A DNA stretch of 20,000 nt from an uncultured virus (IMG/VR IMGVR_UViG_3300033175_000345) (lineage: Duplodnaviria; Heunggongvirae; Uroviricota; Caudoviricetes). The stretch lies in IMG/VR virus record IMGVR_UViG_3300033175_000345. One strand, written 5' to 3'. Position numbers and translations under genes: made by a program. This document shows positions 9,681-18,915 of the stretch, in pieces (the stretch's first letter is position 1; each line of letters starts with the position of its first letter). Below the pieces are notes generated by a model. It was not told the DNA's origin, made no database searches, and worked only from the letters and a program-made list of their open reading frames with translations.

Positions 9681-12590
9681 ATGCTTTCAAGCTGGGTCAT
9701 CGAAAAATTGGAGGCATTGAAGGATGAGCAAATTCTGCTTGTCCAGGATTCGCTTCGTCTTCTTCCTGAAGCCGACGGTGCTGTCCACCGGTTCGCAAAC
9801 GAGAGCGGCTTCACGGTAATTATCGCCTCCACAAATCTCGTTTTCAGGGAGCTCTTTGAAAAGGCAACCGTTTCAAAAGAGACAAAGAAGCTGCTCCTTA
9901 TAGATCGTGCTCCGGCCCGAAGGAGGGCCCATGCGTCCCTGACAAAAGCGCCTCCCCCCTTCTATCCGGATCTTCTTGCCAGAACAGCGGATACAGCGCG
10001 GATCGACATTAGCCTTCGGCAGTTTCTGATCGAAAAGACCGGGGACCCCAACTGGCCTCAAGAGGCGAATGATCCGCGGTTTGCGAGACTTATCACGGGC
10101 TCTATCGACGCTGTGCTGAAGGCACATGCGAGCCTGCGGGTTGCTCATCCAACCAGGTTCACGGATCACGATTTCAAGACCATTGTTGCCTATTCGGCAT
10201 TGGGCGTTCCCGAAGCGGCTTTCAAGCGGCCTGAGGCAAGAATCTACTGGCGTATCGCACTTATCGGGTATCCGGCTCTCGAAGAGCTCGATTCACTTGC
10301 CCCGGAAGTGGCGCGTTCCATCCGTGACGAACTGCGTAGCGCCCCGGCTCCATTCTGCTGGTTTGCAGACTCGCCGCCGGAGCTGATTGTCAGGGCTTTC
10401 TATCTCTCGACGATATTGTCCCAGCACATTGAGCACTGGAAGCTCCTGCTGACAAGCGTTGATCCGGACCTCAAGGCCTTCAGCGAGATGGATACATCGT
10501 TAATTGGCGAGGCCGCACCCGAACTTGTGTCGATTGATCCCCATAGGGCTGACCGTGACCTTCTGGAAGTCGAGGCGTCGCTTTCCAAGGACATGCTCAA
10601 CCTTATCCTTCTCGACCAACTGAAACTTATCACGAACGGACGCTTTGCAGAGGTTATCGAGAGCGAGCATTATTCCGTCCTTATTCGTTCCTTGGCCCTT
10701 TTAGTTGGTCTGGACAGTCTACTTTCCGACACCCCGCCCCTCGCTGACCACGAGAAACTATGTCAGGTGCTGTTTGCGGAAGCAGATGGCAAAAAAGACC
10801 TGTTTATCGAACAGAGACCATCGCAAGCCTGGGAGAACCTAAAGGCGGGATATCGTCTGGTGCGATCAATACGCGACATCCGGGATGCCTTGGATGTCGC
10901 CGTCAAGAATCTGAGCGTGAAACCAGTCTCTGAGTTGACTTTCAAGTGGTTCCGAGCCTTATGGAATGATCGTCGTGTCAACCGCTTGGAGTTCTATCTG
11001 TCTGCTCTGGAGCGACTGGTGTTTAGTATGGATTTTCTCCCGCGTGCGGCGAACGACCTGCCACCAGCGTTCCTGGCAGCACAGGAACGGATTAGAGAAC
11101 GCGTAGGCTTGCTGAGGGACGAGATTCAAAAGACGCTTTCAGTTTTGAATGTCCGATACCAGGAACTGGTGGTCGCACAATACAAATCATGGGTTGCTTC
11201 GGATTCACCGGAAGTAAGGTTGACCAGCCAGTTTTTGCGGCGCTGCGTAAAGCCCAATTGGGACCCACAAAGCGAGAAGGCAGTGGTGTTTGTGTTCGAC
11301 GGCATGCGTTACGACATATGGGACGAGTTGGTCAGGCCCATTTTTGAGGATCGCATGGAGATCATCGCGGATTACCCGGCCACGTCCCTCTTACCTTCAG
11401 AAACTCATATCAGCAGAAAGGCCATTTTTGCGGGGACCTTTCCCGAGTCTTTCGACACTAAACGCGGCGAGGACGCTCTGCTTAAGGAGGCTATGCAACG
11501 AGAATTCGGGTATGCCGGAGATGTTGAAGTCGTGGCCCCCGATGGCATGGGAACAGGCGAGACCGTTCGATATCGCGCAGGCAATATCGATTTTTTCATA
11601 TTCGAACTTTGTGACAAGGAGCTCCATAAGATTCCCGTGAAAACGCTCCCCGATGGACGGTGCGTTCCTGGCCGCCCGCTGGCGTTCATCTATCAGCAGC
11701 ATATCAAGGACATCATCGACACCGAGGTTATGGCCATTATTCGTGGCCTAGCACCCGATACCAAGGTGTTTGTAGTTGCCGACCATGGATTTGGAGCTAT
11801 CGGTCGCGAGCGCATTCGGATTGACCTTCATTGGCTGAATGAACCGTTTGATTGTTTTTATCTGAACGCATGGCTCAGGCAGACACTCGGCAGCGTGGGC
11901 GCGCCTCGAAAGGTGCGCGATAACGTCTTGGAGTTTCCGGTCGGTGATCTGCGGATGCCTGATTCGGGAGAGGCGTATGACCGAGCCACGAAACAGAGTT
12001 GGCAGAAAAAGTTTGAATCGATCATTTTTCCCAAAACGGGCTATGCCTTGGCTCGGCCAAAGGCCAACTTCAATCCTGATGCATATTCGCACGGCGGGAT
12101 TTCGATCCAGGAAATGCTTGTGCCGATGCTTGCTATGCGAGTGAAAACGCCGGAGGAAGGCTTGCTGGTCCTTGGTTCAATTGCCGGGCCTGCGGAACTC
12201 ATTGAAGGGGAAGAAGCCGAGTTTAAGATGCCGGTTGAACTTACCGAATCTCATAAACATAGGGAGCTTCGAATAGAGGTACAAGCCGTCTATCAGAACA
12301 AGGAATCAACACCAGCCCTGTCTTCATTAGTTCAATATGTTGCTGCCGCGGGAGGAGAAGTCGTCTTCCGGTTTGTACCTGATGCGACCGACGCTTCGGA
12401 CGAAGAACGCAAAACAGGCATTATGGAGAGGACGCTGAGGATCAGCGTTACCTATCGTGAGGCGCAGCGAATGGTGAGAAAGGCGCGATCCATTCGCTTC
12501 TCTATGCGCCTGAATTCTGAAAAGATCGTCCGCCGCGTACCAGCGCATCTTGGCAAAATACTAGGCTTGACGCCAAGGAGCATGAAGTGA
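9681..12590 (+). CDS. pglZ: PglZ alkaline-phosphatase-superfamily protein
   Basis: [34 protein letters not shown] and [14 protein letters not shown] are PglZ-domain motifs; RBS AGGAGG upstream. Confidence 0.93.
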   Translation: MLSSWVIEKLEALKDEQILLVQDSLRLLPEADGAVHRFANESGFTVIIASTNLVFRELFEKATVSKETKKLLLIDRAPARRRAHASLTKAPPPFYPDLLARTADTARIDISLRQFLIEKTGDPNWPQEANDPRFARLITGSIDAVLKAHASLRVAHPTRFTDHDFKTIVAYSALGVPEAAFKRPEARIYWRIALIGYPALEELDSLAPEVARSIRDELRSAPAPFCWFADSPPELIVRAFYLSTILSQHIEHWKLLLTSVDPDLKAFSEMDTSLIGEAAPELVSIDPHRADRDLLEVEASLSKDMLNLILLDQLKLITNGRFAEVIESEHYSVLIRSLALLVGLDSLLSDTPPLADHEKLCQVLFAEADGKKDLFIEQRPSQAWENLKAGYRLVRSIRDIRDALDVAVKNLSVKPVSELTFKWFRALWNDRRVNRLEFYLSALERLVFSMDFLPRAANDLPPAFLAAQERIRERVGLLRDEIQKTLSVLNVRYQELVVAQYKSWVASDSPEVRLTSQFLRRCVKPNWDPQSEKAVVFVFDGMRYDIWDELVRPIFEDRMEIIADYPATSLLPSETHISRKAIFAGTFPESFDTKRGEDALLKEAMQREFGYAGDVEVVAPDGMGTGETVRYRAGNIDFFIFELCDKELHKIPVKTLPDGRCVPGRPLAFIYQQHIKDIIDTEVMAIIRGLAPDTKVFVVADHGFGAIGRERIRIDLHWLNEPFDCFYLNAWLRQTLGSVGAPRKVRDNVLEFPVGDLRMPDSGEAYDRATKQSWQKKFESIIFPKTGYALARPKANFNPDAYSHGGISIQEMLVPMLAMRVKTPEEGLLVLGSIAGPAELIEGEEAEFKMPVELTESHKHRELRIEVQAVYQNKESTPALSSLVQYVAAAGGEVVFRFVPDATDASDEERKTGIMERTLRISVTYREAQRMVRKARSIRFSMRLNSEKIVRRVPAHLGKILGLTPRSMK

Positions 12591-12684
12591 TGCCGGATTT
12601 CAAAACGTCACCCAAATCGACATGCCCGGCATGCTACCGAAAATCGCTCCTGGCGCTTCTTATGTCGTGGGTGGAGGACTGCGG

Positions 12685-14727
12685 ATGAACCTAAAGCTCA
12701 AAGAGGTCTTCAGAGGCAAGGTCGTCAACAAGGCTCATACGATTAACACGGGTGTTGACGAGTTTCCTCGCTATGTTCTGGAGTACCTTATCGACAACTA
12801 CTGCTCCGAGGATACCTTCCATGAGGACATGGAAAAGGTCGTCAGAAGGTTGAAAGAGACTTTTGTCTACGGGGCGGAGGCTGAGAAGATCAGGCATTAC
12901 ATCCGGGAAAACCGCAGCCATTCCGTGATCGCAAGTCTGGAGGCTCGACTGGTAGAAACGGAGGATAAGTATTGGGGGACGATTTCCGCCATCAACGAGA
13001 ATTTTGTAAACATACCGGAGAGCATCGTCCGTCAATATCCCATGCTTCTCTCGGGCGGGATGTGGGGCACTATCGACCTGACTTATGACGAGACAGAAAT
13101 ACACAATAAAAAAATCAGGCCCTTCAAAATCACAGCATTTACGCCCTTTCAGGTGAGCGTTATCAATCTGGATGAGTTCATAGAACGTCGAAGGGAGTTT
13201 TCCACTGACGAGTGGATCGATGTTTTGGTGAATTCCTGTGGCCTGGACCCGGAGGGGATGACCCGGCGACAGAAGTTGCTCTACCTATGCCGCTGCATTC
13301 CCCTCGTGGAAACCAACGTCAACATGGTGGAACTCGCACCTCGGGAAACCGGCAAGACGTATCTTTATCGTAATATCTCATATTACGCCCATGTGCTATC
13401 TGGCGGCAAAGCAACTCCAGCCCAGCTTTTCATTAATCTGAATAACGGAAGGATTGGCGAGGTCGGTGTTCGGGATGCCGTTGTGTTCGATGAGATCGCA
13501 AATACCGATTTCACGGACCCCAGGTCTTTCGTAAGTATTATGCAGGGGTACATGCAAGACGCCAAATTCAGCAGAGGGAAGAAAGAAATTCTTGCCTTCG
13601 CCAGTTTGGTGTTCGTGGGCAACCTGGACGTCCAGGGAGACCTGCCCCACGAGAAATACTATCACCTCTTTGAGCCGCTACCCGATTTCCTGCAGGTGAT
13701 TGCGTTTTTGGACCGAATCCATGGCTACCTGCCTGGTTGGGAAATCCCGAAATTGGCACCCAACAGTTACTCGAAAGATTATGGGTTCATCACGGATTAT
13801 TTTTGCGAAATCATGCACGAGCTCCGGCGCGTTGACCTGCTGGGCGCGGTTCGCTCGCGCTTTGAAGTAGTGGATCACGCTCGAAGGGCGCACGGTGTCT
13901 CGGGCCGAGACCAACGGGCTGTGATGAAGACCACATCGGGATTACTGAAGCTGCTTCATCCTGACGGTCAAGTTTCCGACGAGGGACTTCAAGATATCCT
14001 CAGTTTGTCATGCGAACTGCGTCAACGGGTACGAGACCAGCTCCATCTGATTGCGCCTGGCGAGTATGACCGTATTTCTTTAGGAGCCCTGATGCGGCCG
14101 TCGGGTAAGCAAGTTGTGCCTGAGCTTCCTGATAGTAATCGTGTTCAGCGAGTTGCACTTCCTGAGAAGCCTTCCGTGGGTGAGGTCATAGGCTTGGCTG
14201 TCGAAGGGGACCACGGTTGCATCTTGCATTTTGAGATGCAGGCGACCAAGGGGTCCGGACGCATTGTGCCGCTCGGATCGATCCAGAGGGTTATGAGGGA
14301 AAGCATCGAGGCGGCAGCTCAATACATCCGTGCGAAGCATGAGGACCTCGGGATAACTGCCGAATGGCGAAAGAGTTTTGATGTTGCGGTCTTGGCGACC
14401 TTCATGGGCGTGCCCAAGGAAGGGTCGTCCGCCGGCATCACAATCGTTGCCGGGATTGTGTCGGCCTTGAAAAAGGTCCCCGTGCGAAATGACCTCGCCA
14501 TGACCGGGGAGATTACGATCATGGGGAAGGTTCTCCCGGTGGGTGGCATTCAACAGAAGGTCAGGGCTGCCTACGATGCCGGAGTCAAGGAGGTTCTTTT
14601 GCCTGCTGATAATTTGAAGGAGGCGGAGGGATTACCCGCCTACGTGCTCGACGGTATCAAGCTGACGCCGGTAAGTAGTATTGACGAGGTGATCGAGATG
14701 TCCTTAGTGAACACCAATGCGAAATGA
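12685..14727 (+). CDS. brxL: BrxL: AAA+ ATPase with Lon-type protease C-terminal domain
   Basis: [20 protein letters not shown] (Walker A), VVFDEI (Walker B), [29 protein letters not shown], Lon-like PKEGSSAG...[20 protein letters not shown]. Start placed at ATG 12685 after GGAGGA rather than 12622. Confidence 0.93.
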   Translation: MNLKLKEVFRGKVVNKAHTINTGVDEFPRYVLEYLIDNYCSEDTFHEDMEKVVRRLKETFVYGAEAEKIRHYIRENRSHSVIASLEARLVETEDKYWGTISAINENFVNIPESIVRQYPMLLSGGMWGTIDLTYDETEIHNKKIRPFKITAFTPFQVSVINLDEFIERRREFSTDEWIDVLVNSCGLDPEGMTRRQKLLYLCRCIPLVETNVNMVELAPRETGKTYLYRNISYYAHVLSGGKATPAQLFINLNNGRIGEVGVRDAVVFDEIANTDFTDPRSFVSIMQGYMQDAKFSRGKKEILAFASLVFVGNLDVQGDLPHEKYYHLFEPLPDFLQVIAFLDRIHGYLPGWEIPKLAPNSYSKDYGFITDYFCEIMHELRRVDLLGAVRSRFEVVDHARRAHGVSGRDQRAVMKTTSGLLKLLHPDGQVSDEGLQDILSLSCELRQRVRDQLHLIAPGEYDRISLGALMRPSGKQVVPELPDSNRVQRVALPEKPSVGEVIGLAVEGDHGCILHFEMQATKGSGRIVPLGSIQRVMRESIEAAAQYIRAKHEDLGITAEWRKSFDVAVLATFMGVPKEGSSAGITIVAGIVSALKKVPVRNDLAMTGEITIMGKVLPVGGIQQKVRAAYDAGVKEVLLPADNLKEAEGLPAYVLDGIKLTPVSSIDEVIEMSLVNTNAK

Positions 14728-14768
14728 ATAAGGGTAGCTATGGAGACACAGTTTGACTGGAGCACAGA

Positions 14769-15716
14769 ATGACTGCTGAGAATCACAATAAACCAGTGCC
14801 TCACATGAAAGACCTGAACTATCCAGGGCTTTTTCAAGGTGCTGATACCGCTGCTGCATCGGCCCAAAAGACCTTTTTCTTGTTACAGCGGATATATCTT
14901 GGCTCCCTTATCGTGGGCGGATTGACTGGCATGCTCACATCATTATTCACAGGCAGTGCACTCATATGGACATATACTGCGATGGCCATAGTTTTGGCCA
15001 TGGGACTTCTAACGTTATGGATTGGTCGCTCTCGTCAAGATGACAATGCTTGGTTCGATTGCCGTGCGATTGCCGAGTCCGTTAAGACGGCAACATGGCG
15101 ATATATGATGATTGCCCCTCCTTTCCAAGGCCTAGACTCAATTGATCAGCATTTCATTTCAGAACTGCAGGAAATCAGGAACGCAAGGCCGGAGTGCCAA
15201 AAGTATTTGGCAGGGATATCTGTCGTCAGCAACCCTGCTATTACTGATTTAATGCGTGAAGTTAGAGGGGATACGTTTGAAAATCGCAAATTGTTCTATA
15301 TCGAGCAAAGGCTATGTGACCAAAAGGTCTGGTACTCTCGCAATGCCGAGATGAACGCACGTAGAGGTAATCGATGGTTTTGGGGAACAGCGTGCCTACA
15401 ATGTGTTGCCGTTGTCGTGGCCATCGTCCAAGCATCAACAGGAGGGTTGGGATTCAATATGGTCCCGGTGCTTACAACCTGTGCTGCAGTTGTGGCTGCT
15501 TGGAGCCAGATGAAGCGTCACGATGAATTGAAGAAGACATATGCTCTTGCGGCACAGGAACTCAGTGAGTTGGAGGCCATAGCTAGTAATTTGGTCATCG
15601 AGAGCGAATTCCCTCAGCTCGTTGAGCAGGTAGAGGAGGCCATCTCGCGAGAACATACCATGTGGTGTGCTCGTAGGGATGTTCCGCTTCGCAGAGCTGG
15701 CTCTGGAGCGCGGTAG
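14769..15716 (+). CDS. SLATT-family (DUF4231-like) tandem 2TM+2TM membrane effector
   Basis: Two pairs of hydrophobic helices; motifs WFDCRAIAESVKTATWRYMM, YIEQRLCDQKVWY, YALAAQEL and VEQVEEAISREHTMW typical of double-SLATT effectors. Confidence 0.85.
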   Translation: MTAENHNKPVPHMKDLNYPGLFQGADTAAASAQKTFFLLQRIYLGSLIVGGLTGMLTSLFTGSALIWTYTAMAIVLAMGLLTLWIGRSRQDDNAWFDCRAIAESVKTATWRYMMIAPPFQGLDSIDQHFISELQEIRNARPECQKYLAGISVVSNPAITDLMREVRGDTFENRKLFYIEQRLCDQKVWYSRNAEMNARRGNRWFWGTACLQCVAVVVAIVQASTGGLGFNMVPVLTTCAAVVAAWSQMKRHDELKKTYALAAQELSELEAIASNLVIESEFPQLVEQVEEAISREHTMWCARRDVPLRRAGSGAR

Positions 15717-15727
15717 AGGAAAGCGAG

Positions 15728-16699
15728 ATGACAGTTCAAAGAAAACATACACTTGGCTTGGCGGGAACTACAGTACAGTTGCCCTGCTTTTTCCCATCCG
15801 TATCGAGTGTTAAAACGAATTTGCTGCCAGTTGATTACGTTGAGCTTTTGGCTGCTTCTGCCTATCCCCTGTTCCTTGTTTCTGCATATGACATCGCAAG
15901 TTCCGCGCCAGAACATCAGGAGCGTATTGATCGTGCCACCAAACAAAGCCGATCTGAGGGATCAGTCGTTTTGCTGGACAGTGGCAATTATGAGAGCTTT
16001 TGGAAAGGTGCCCCTGATTGGCGGGCGGAGACATTCCATAAAATTTCAAGCACGTATGAGTACGATATAGGCTTTTGTTTTGATAATCAGGTTCCCCCCA
16101 CCACCGCGAAGGCAATTTCTGAAGATGTTGTTAGGGGTGTTCTTCGAGACCAGGAACGCTCATCAAGCACGATAGTGCCAATCGTACATGGCCCCACCGA
16201 CTTATTGCCCGAGGCCGCGCAGATGGTTGCAGGGCAGCTTTACCCGGTACTTTTGGCAGTTCCCGAGCGTGCCTTGGGGGATGGCATCTTGGCACGAGCG
16301 CGTTCTGTCCGAAAGATCCGACAAGCGCTTGATCAATTAGGTTTTTATTGTCCGTTACATCTACTGGGCACAGGGAACCCAATTTCGATAATTGCATACT
16401 CAATCGCTGGAGCAGATAGTTTCGATGGCCTGGAGTGGTGCCAAACAGTGGTTGATCACGAGACGGCATTCCTATTTCACTTTCAACACTGGGATTTCGT
16501 CCGGGGGCAAACTGATTGGGGTTCACATGGCACACTGCCGTATATTCAATCTGCACTGATGCATAATCTTGATTTTTATGCCTCTTTCATGCGGAAGCTT
16601 CAGGAATCAATAGGATGTTGTAATCCTCATGGGATTATGAAGGCTTTCCTTCCTGGGACACGTGGCGAAATTATCCTCAATTCCCTTGAGGGGGTGTGA
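15728..16699 (+). CDS. tRNA-guanine transglycosylase (TGT)-like protein, Cap10-like
   Basis: LPCFFPSVS, LLDSGNYES (cf. DSGGF), FCFD, IVPIVHG, LHLLGTGNP, GADSFD and HNL indicate a TGT barrel; lacks the CxCxxC zinc site of bacterial Tgt. Confidence 0.8.
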   Translation: MTVQRKHTLGLAGTTVQLPCFFPSVSSVKTNLLPVDYVELLAASAYPLFLVSAYDIASSAPEHQERIDRATKQSRSEGSVVLLDSGNYESFWKGAPDWRAETFHKISSTYEYDIGFCFDNQVPPTTAKAISEDVVRGVLRDQERSSSTIVPIVHGPTDLLPEAAQMVAGQLYPVLLAVPERALGDGILARARSVRKIRQALDQLGFYCPLHLLGTGNPISIIAYSIAGADSFDGLEWCQTVVDHETAFLFHFQHWDFVRGQTDWGSHGTLPYIQSALMHNLDFYASFMRKLQESIGCCNPHGIMKAFLPGTRGEIILNSLEGV

Positions 16700-17439
16700 A
16701 TAGCAATATGGTGGCTCAAGTGGTTAATCTTTCTCGACTGGAGAGGGCAATCCAAGAAGTATGTATGTGCCTTAAGGACAAAAGCGAGCAGAGGCTTGAA
16801 TGGACGACCCTTAGCGAGGATCAGTTATGGCGTGAGCTTGTAGCTTGCATTTTGGGAAGCCGGGTCCGATATGGTGTTGCCTACTCAGCTATTGAGCGTA
16901 TGGAAAAGGCCAACTTGTTATCGCCGAGTCATGCCATCACAAGGCGGCATGAATACGAACAGCATGTCTTAAACATATTGATGGAACAGGGAGGTTCGGA
17001 AAATGCCCACGATGTAAAAAGCCGCTATCCCTTTCCTTGGTTACGAGCTGGTCAAGTTAGCGCGGCCGCTGAAACACTCTATTCCTGTGGTGGAACAATA
17101 AAAAGCCGCCTTGAAATGGCAAAGGACGAACGTGAGGCGCGCCGTCAATTGGCTAAGAGTGTTTCAGGACTTGGCCCCAAACAAGCGAGCCTCTTTCTGC
17201 GCAATATCGGATACACGGCCCAGGTTGCTGTTCTCGATGTACACGTTCTTACTTACATGGCATGGGTGGGATTGACTGCAGCACCTGTTAAGACCGTTCG
17301 AACAATACGGCAATATGAGGTGCTTGAAGACACATTTATTAAGCATTCATGTTCTTCTGGTTTCCCCCCAGATCGCTTTGATCTAGCGGTCTGGGTGGTT
17401 GTGCGAGTGATCAAGAGGGATTACGCGTCATGTCAATAG
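16696..17439 (+). CDS. 8-oxoguanine DNA glycosylase/lyase (OGG, HhH superfamily)-like protein, Cap11-like
   Basis: ELVACILGS and VSGLGPKQASLFLRNIG...VAVLDVHVL match the archaeal-type Ogg HhH motif with Lys and Asp retained; GTG start overlaps the TGT stop (GTGA). Confidence 0.85.
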   Translation: MNSNMVAQVVNLSRLERAIQEVCMCLKDKSEQRLEWTTLSEDQLWRELVACILGSRVRYGVAYSAIERMEKANLLSPSHAITRRHEYEQHVLNILMEQGGSENAHDVKSRYPFPWLRAGQVSAAAETLYSCGGTIKSRLEMAKDEREARRQLAKSVSGLGPKQASLFLRNIGYTAQVAVLDVHVLTYMAWVGLTAAPVKTVRTIRQYEVLEDTFIKHSCSSGFPPDRFDLAVWVVVRVIKRDYASCQ

Positions 17440-18026
17440 TGACCCTTGTTTCTGGCGGAATTGACTCTACCCTAATGAGTTTGATGGCTCACGAGGAAGG
17501 CATTGTCATAAACCCTCTGTTTGTAGATTACGGTCAACTCAGTTCAAATAGGGAATGGAATGCCTGCGAGCAATTGCATGAAAGATATGGATTGCCATTG
17601 GTTAAGCGAATGGATGTCTCCGGTTTCGGCAGGATTGTACCAAGCGGTATTACCGATCCCACCATGCGTATAAACGAAGACGCGTTCCTGCCAGGACGGA
17701 ACCTTCTTTTATTGCTTTGCGGCGCTGCCTACGCTTACAGTGTACAAGCGGATGGCGTGGCAATAGGTTTGCTCAATCCTGAAGATTGTCTATTCCCGGA
17801 TCAGACGCTTGATTTTCTTCGCAAAACCGAAGACATGATCGAGACAGCCATGAAAAAGCGAATTACAGTGCTCGCGCCTTTAATAGAGTTCACGAAGGCA
17901 GATATTCTGTCACTGGCGACAGCGCGTGGGTTACAAGATACGTACTCCTGCCACGCCGGGGGGAATGAGCCCTGCGGGAAATGCGTGGCATGTATTGAGA
18001 TTGCAAATGCAAAGGAAAGGAGCTGA
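17430..18026 (+). CDS. queC: QueC-family (7-cyano-7-deazaguanine synthase-like) PP-loop ATPase, Cap9/QatC-like
   Basis: PP-loop LVSGGIDST, DYGQ, LPGRN, KADI and zinc site TYSC-x7-CGKCVAC. Confidence 0.92.
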   Translation: MSIVTLVSGGIDSTLMSLMAHEEGIVINPLFVDYGQLSSNREWNACEQLHERYGLPLVKRMDVSGFGRIVPSGITDPTMRINEDAFLPGRNLLLLLCGAAYAYSVQADGVAIGLLNPEDCLFPDQTLDFLRKTEDMIETAMKKRITVLAPLIEFTKADILSLATARGLQDTYSCHAGGNEPCGKCVACIEIANAKERS

Positions 18027-18029
18027 AAG

Positions 18030-18536
18030 ATGGGTGGAGGTGGCGGAGGCGGCCGCGGACTGACTCCCAGCGAGCTTCAACAGTTGGAGCAAAAGGCCAA
18101 AGAATCTCTGAAGACAAGTGGCGACGCGAGTAAATGCAACGTGTTCATTAGCTTTGCGGCCGAAGACTTGACAGACGTCAATATGCTTCGAGCGCAGGCA
18201 AAAAATGAAAATTCGGATATTGAATTCAACGACTGGTCATTGAAAAAGCCCTTCGACAGCAAGGATGCTGAATATGTAAAGCGAGGCATACGTGAGCGTA
18301 TTCGGCAATGCTCGGTCACTGTCGTATACATATCCGAGAAGACTGCAGACAGCAAATGGGTTAATTGGGAAATCCGTGAGACAATTGCTTTGGGCAAAGG
18401 CGTGGTGGCTATGTATAAAGGCGATAGACCTCCTTCTCGTTTGCCTAAGGCTATTTCCGAGAACAAGGTGCCTGTAGTACCTTGGAACCAAAAGGCATTG
18501 GCTGTAGCGATAAAGACTCAGGCGCAGAAAAAATAG
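18030..18536 (+). CDS. TIR-domain protein (MTH538/DUF1863, ThsB-like) with N-terminal poly-glycine
   Basis: NVFISF, IRERIRQCSVTVVYIS and SKWVNWEI (catalytic Glu retained); N-terminus MGGGGGGGRG; 3 nt after the queC stop. Confidence 0.9.
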   Translation: MGGGGGGGRGLTPSELQQLEQKAKESLKTSGDASKCNVFISFAAEDLTDVNMLRAQAKNENSDIEFNDWSLKKPFDSKDAEYVKRGIRERIRQCSVTVVYISEKTADSKWVNWEIRETIALGKGVVAMYKGDRPPSRLPKAISENKVPVVPWNQKALAVAIKTQAQKK

Positions 18537-18576
18537 TTAGCCGCGCTTTGAAGTAAAAAGGCGAACGTCCAAAGAT

Positions 18577-18915
18577 ATGATCCAGGATTTGGAACAGATT
18601 GAGTATCGCCGGGGTATGCTCGAAAAGGGCATGAAACCTGACGATCTTCCAGTAAAAATATGGCGTGGAGCCAGAATTCCTGTGGTTATACGCACCGCGA
18701 TCAATACTGAGGGCTTGCTTAATCTCGGTGGCGTTTACGGGGACAAGAAGGCCGGCGATCCGGTGGAATACGACAACCTCAAGCTGGCCCTGACCGACGA
18801 CACTGTCGAGATCACGGTTTTCAACCGCGGGATCGCTCTCTTTATGTCTGACGACGAACGAATCCGTCGAATACACCGGGTGCTGTGCAAACTCGATGGA
18901 ACGGGGAAAGATTGA
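18577..18915 (+). CDS. Hypothetical protein
   Basis: 112 aa ORF; TGATG stop/start coupling to the next gene; no family recognised. Confidence 0.65.
   Translation: MIQDLEQIEYRRGMLEKGMKPDDLPVKIWRGARIPVVIRTAINTEGLLNLGGVYGDKKAGDPVEYDNLKLALTDDTVEITVFNRGIALFMSDDERIRRIHRVLCKLDGTGKD

Larger units (their letters stand above)
144..14727 (+). other. BREX-like defence operon of non-canonical organisation
   Basis: Co-oriented, mostly overlapping or abutting brxA-like, brxF/B-like, methyltransferase, brxC, pglZ and brxL genes. Confidence 0.88.
14769..18536 (+). other. Putative defence cassette SLATT-TGT-OGG-QueC-TIR
   Basis: Five co-oriented genes with gaps of 11, -4, -10 and 3 nt; lower GC than both flanks. 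Confidence 0.8.

Noticed and set aside
12622..12684. 21 aa N-terminal extension of BrxL
   Set aside because: A strong GGAGGA RBS precedes the in-frame ATG at 12685, which is the more likely start.
15728..18026. Housekeeping queuosine pathway or Dpd DNA-modification system
   Set aside because: No queD, queE, queF or folE and no dpdB/dpdC-like genes recognised; the TGT lacks the zinc site; linkage to OGG, TIR and SLATT points to CBASS-IV-like accessory genes.
18030..18056. Phase-variable microsatellite in the poly-Gly tract
   Set aside because: The Gly codons are mixed, so there is no perfect nucleotide repeat.
14769..18536. Canonical type IV CBASS or canonical Thoeris
   Set aside because: No CD-NTase ORF, and no SIR2-SLOG or TM-Macro ThsA in the window.
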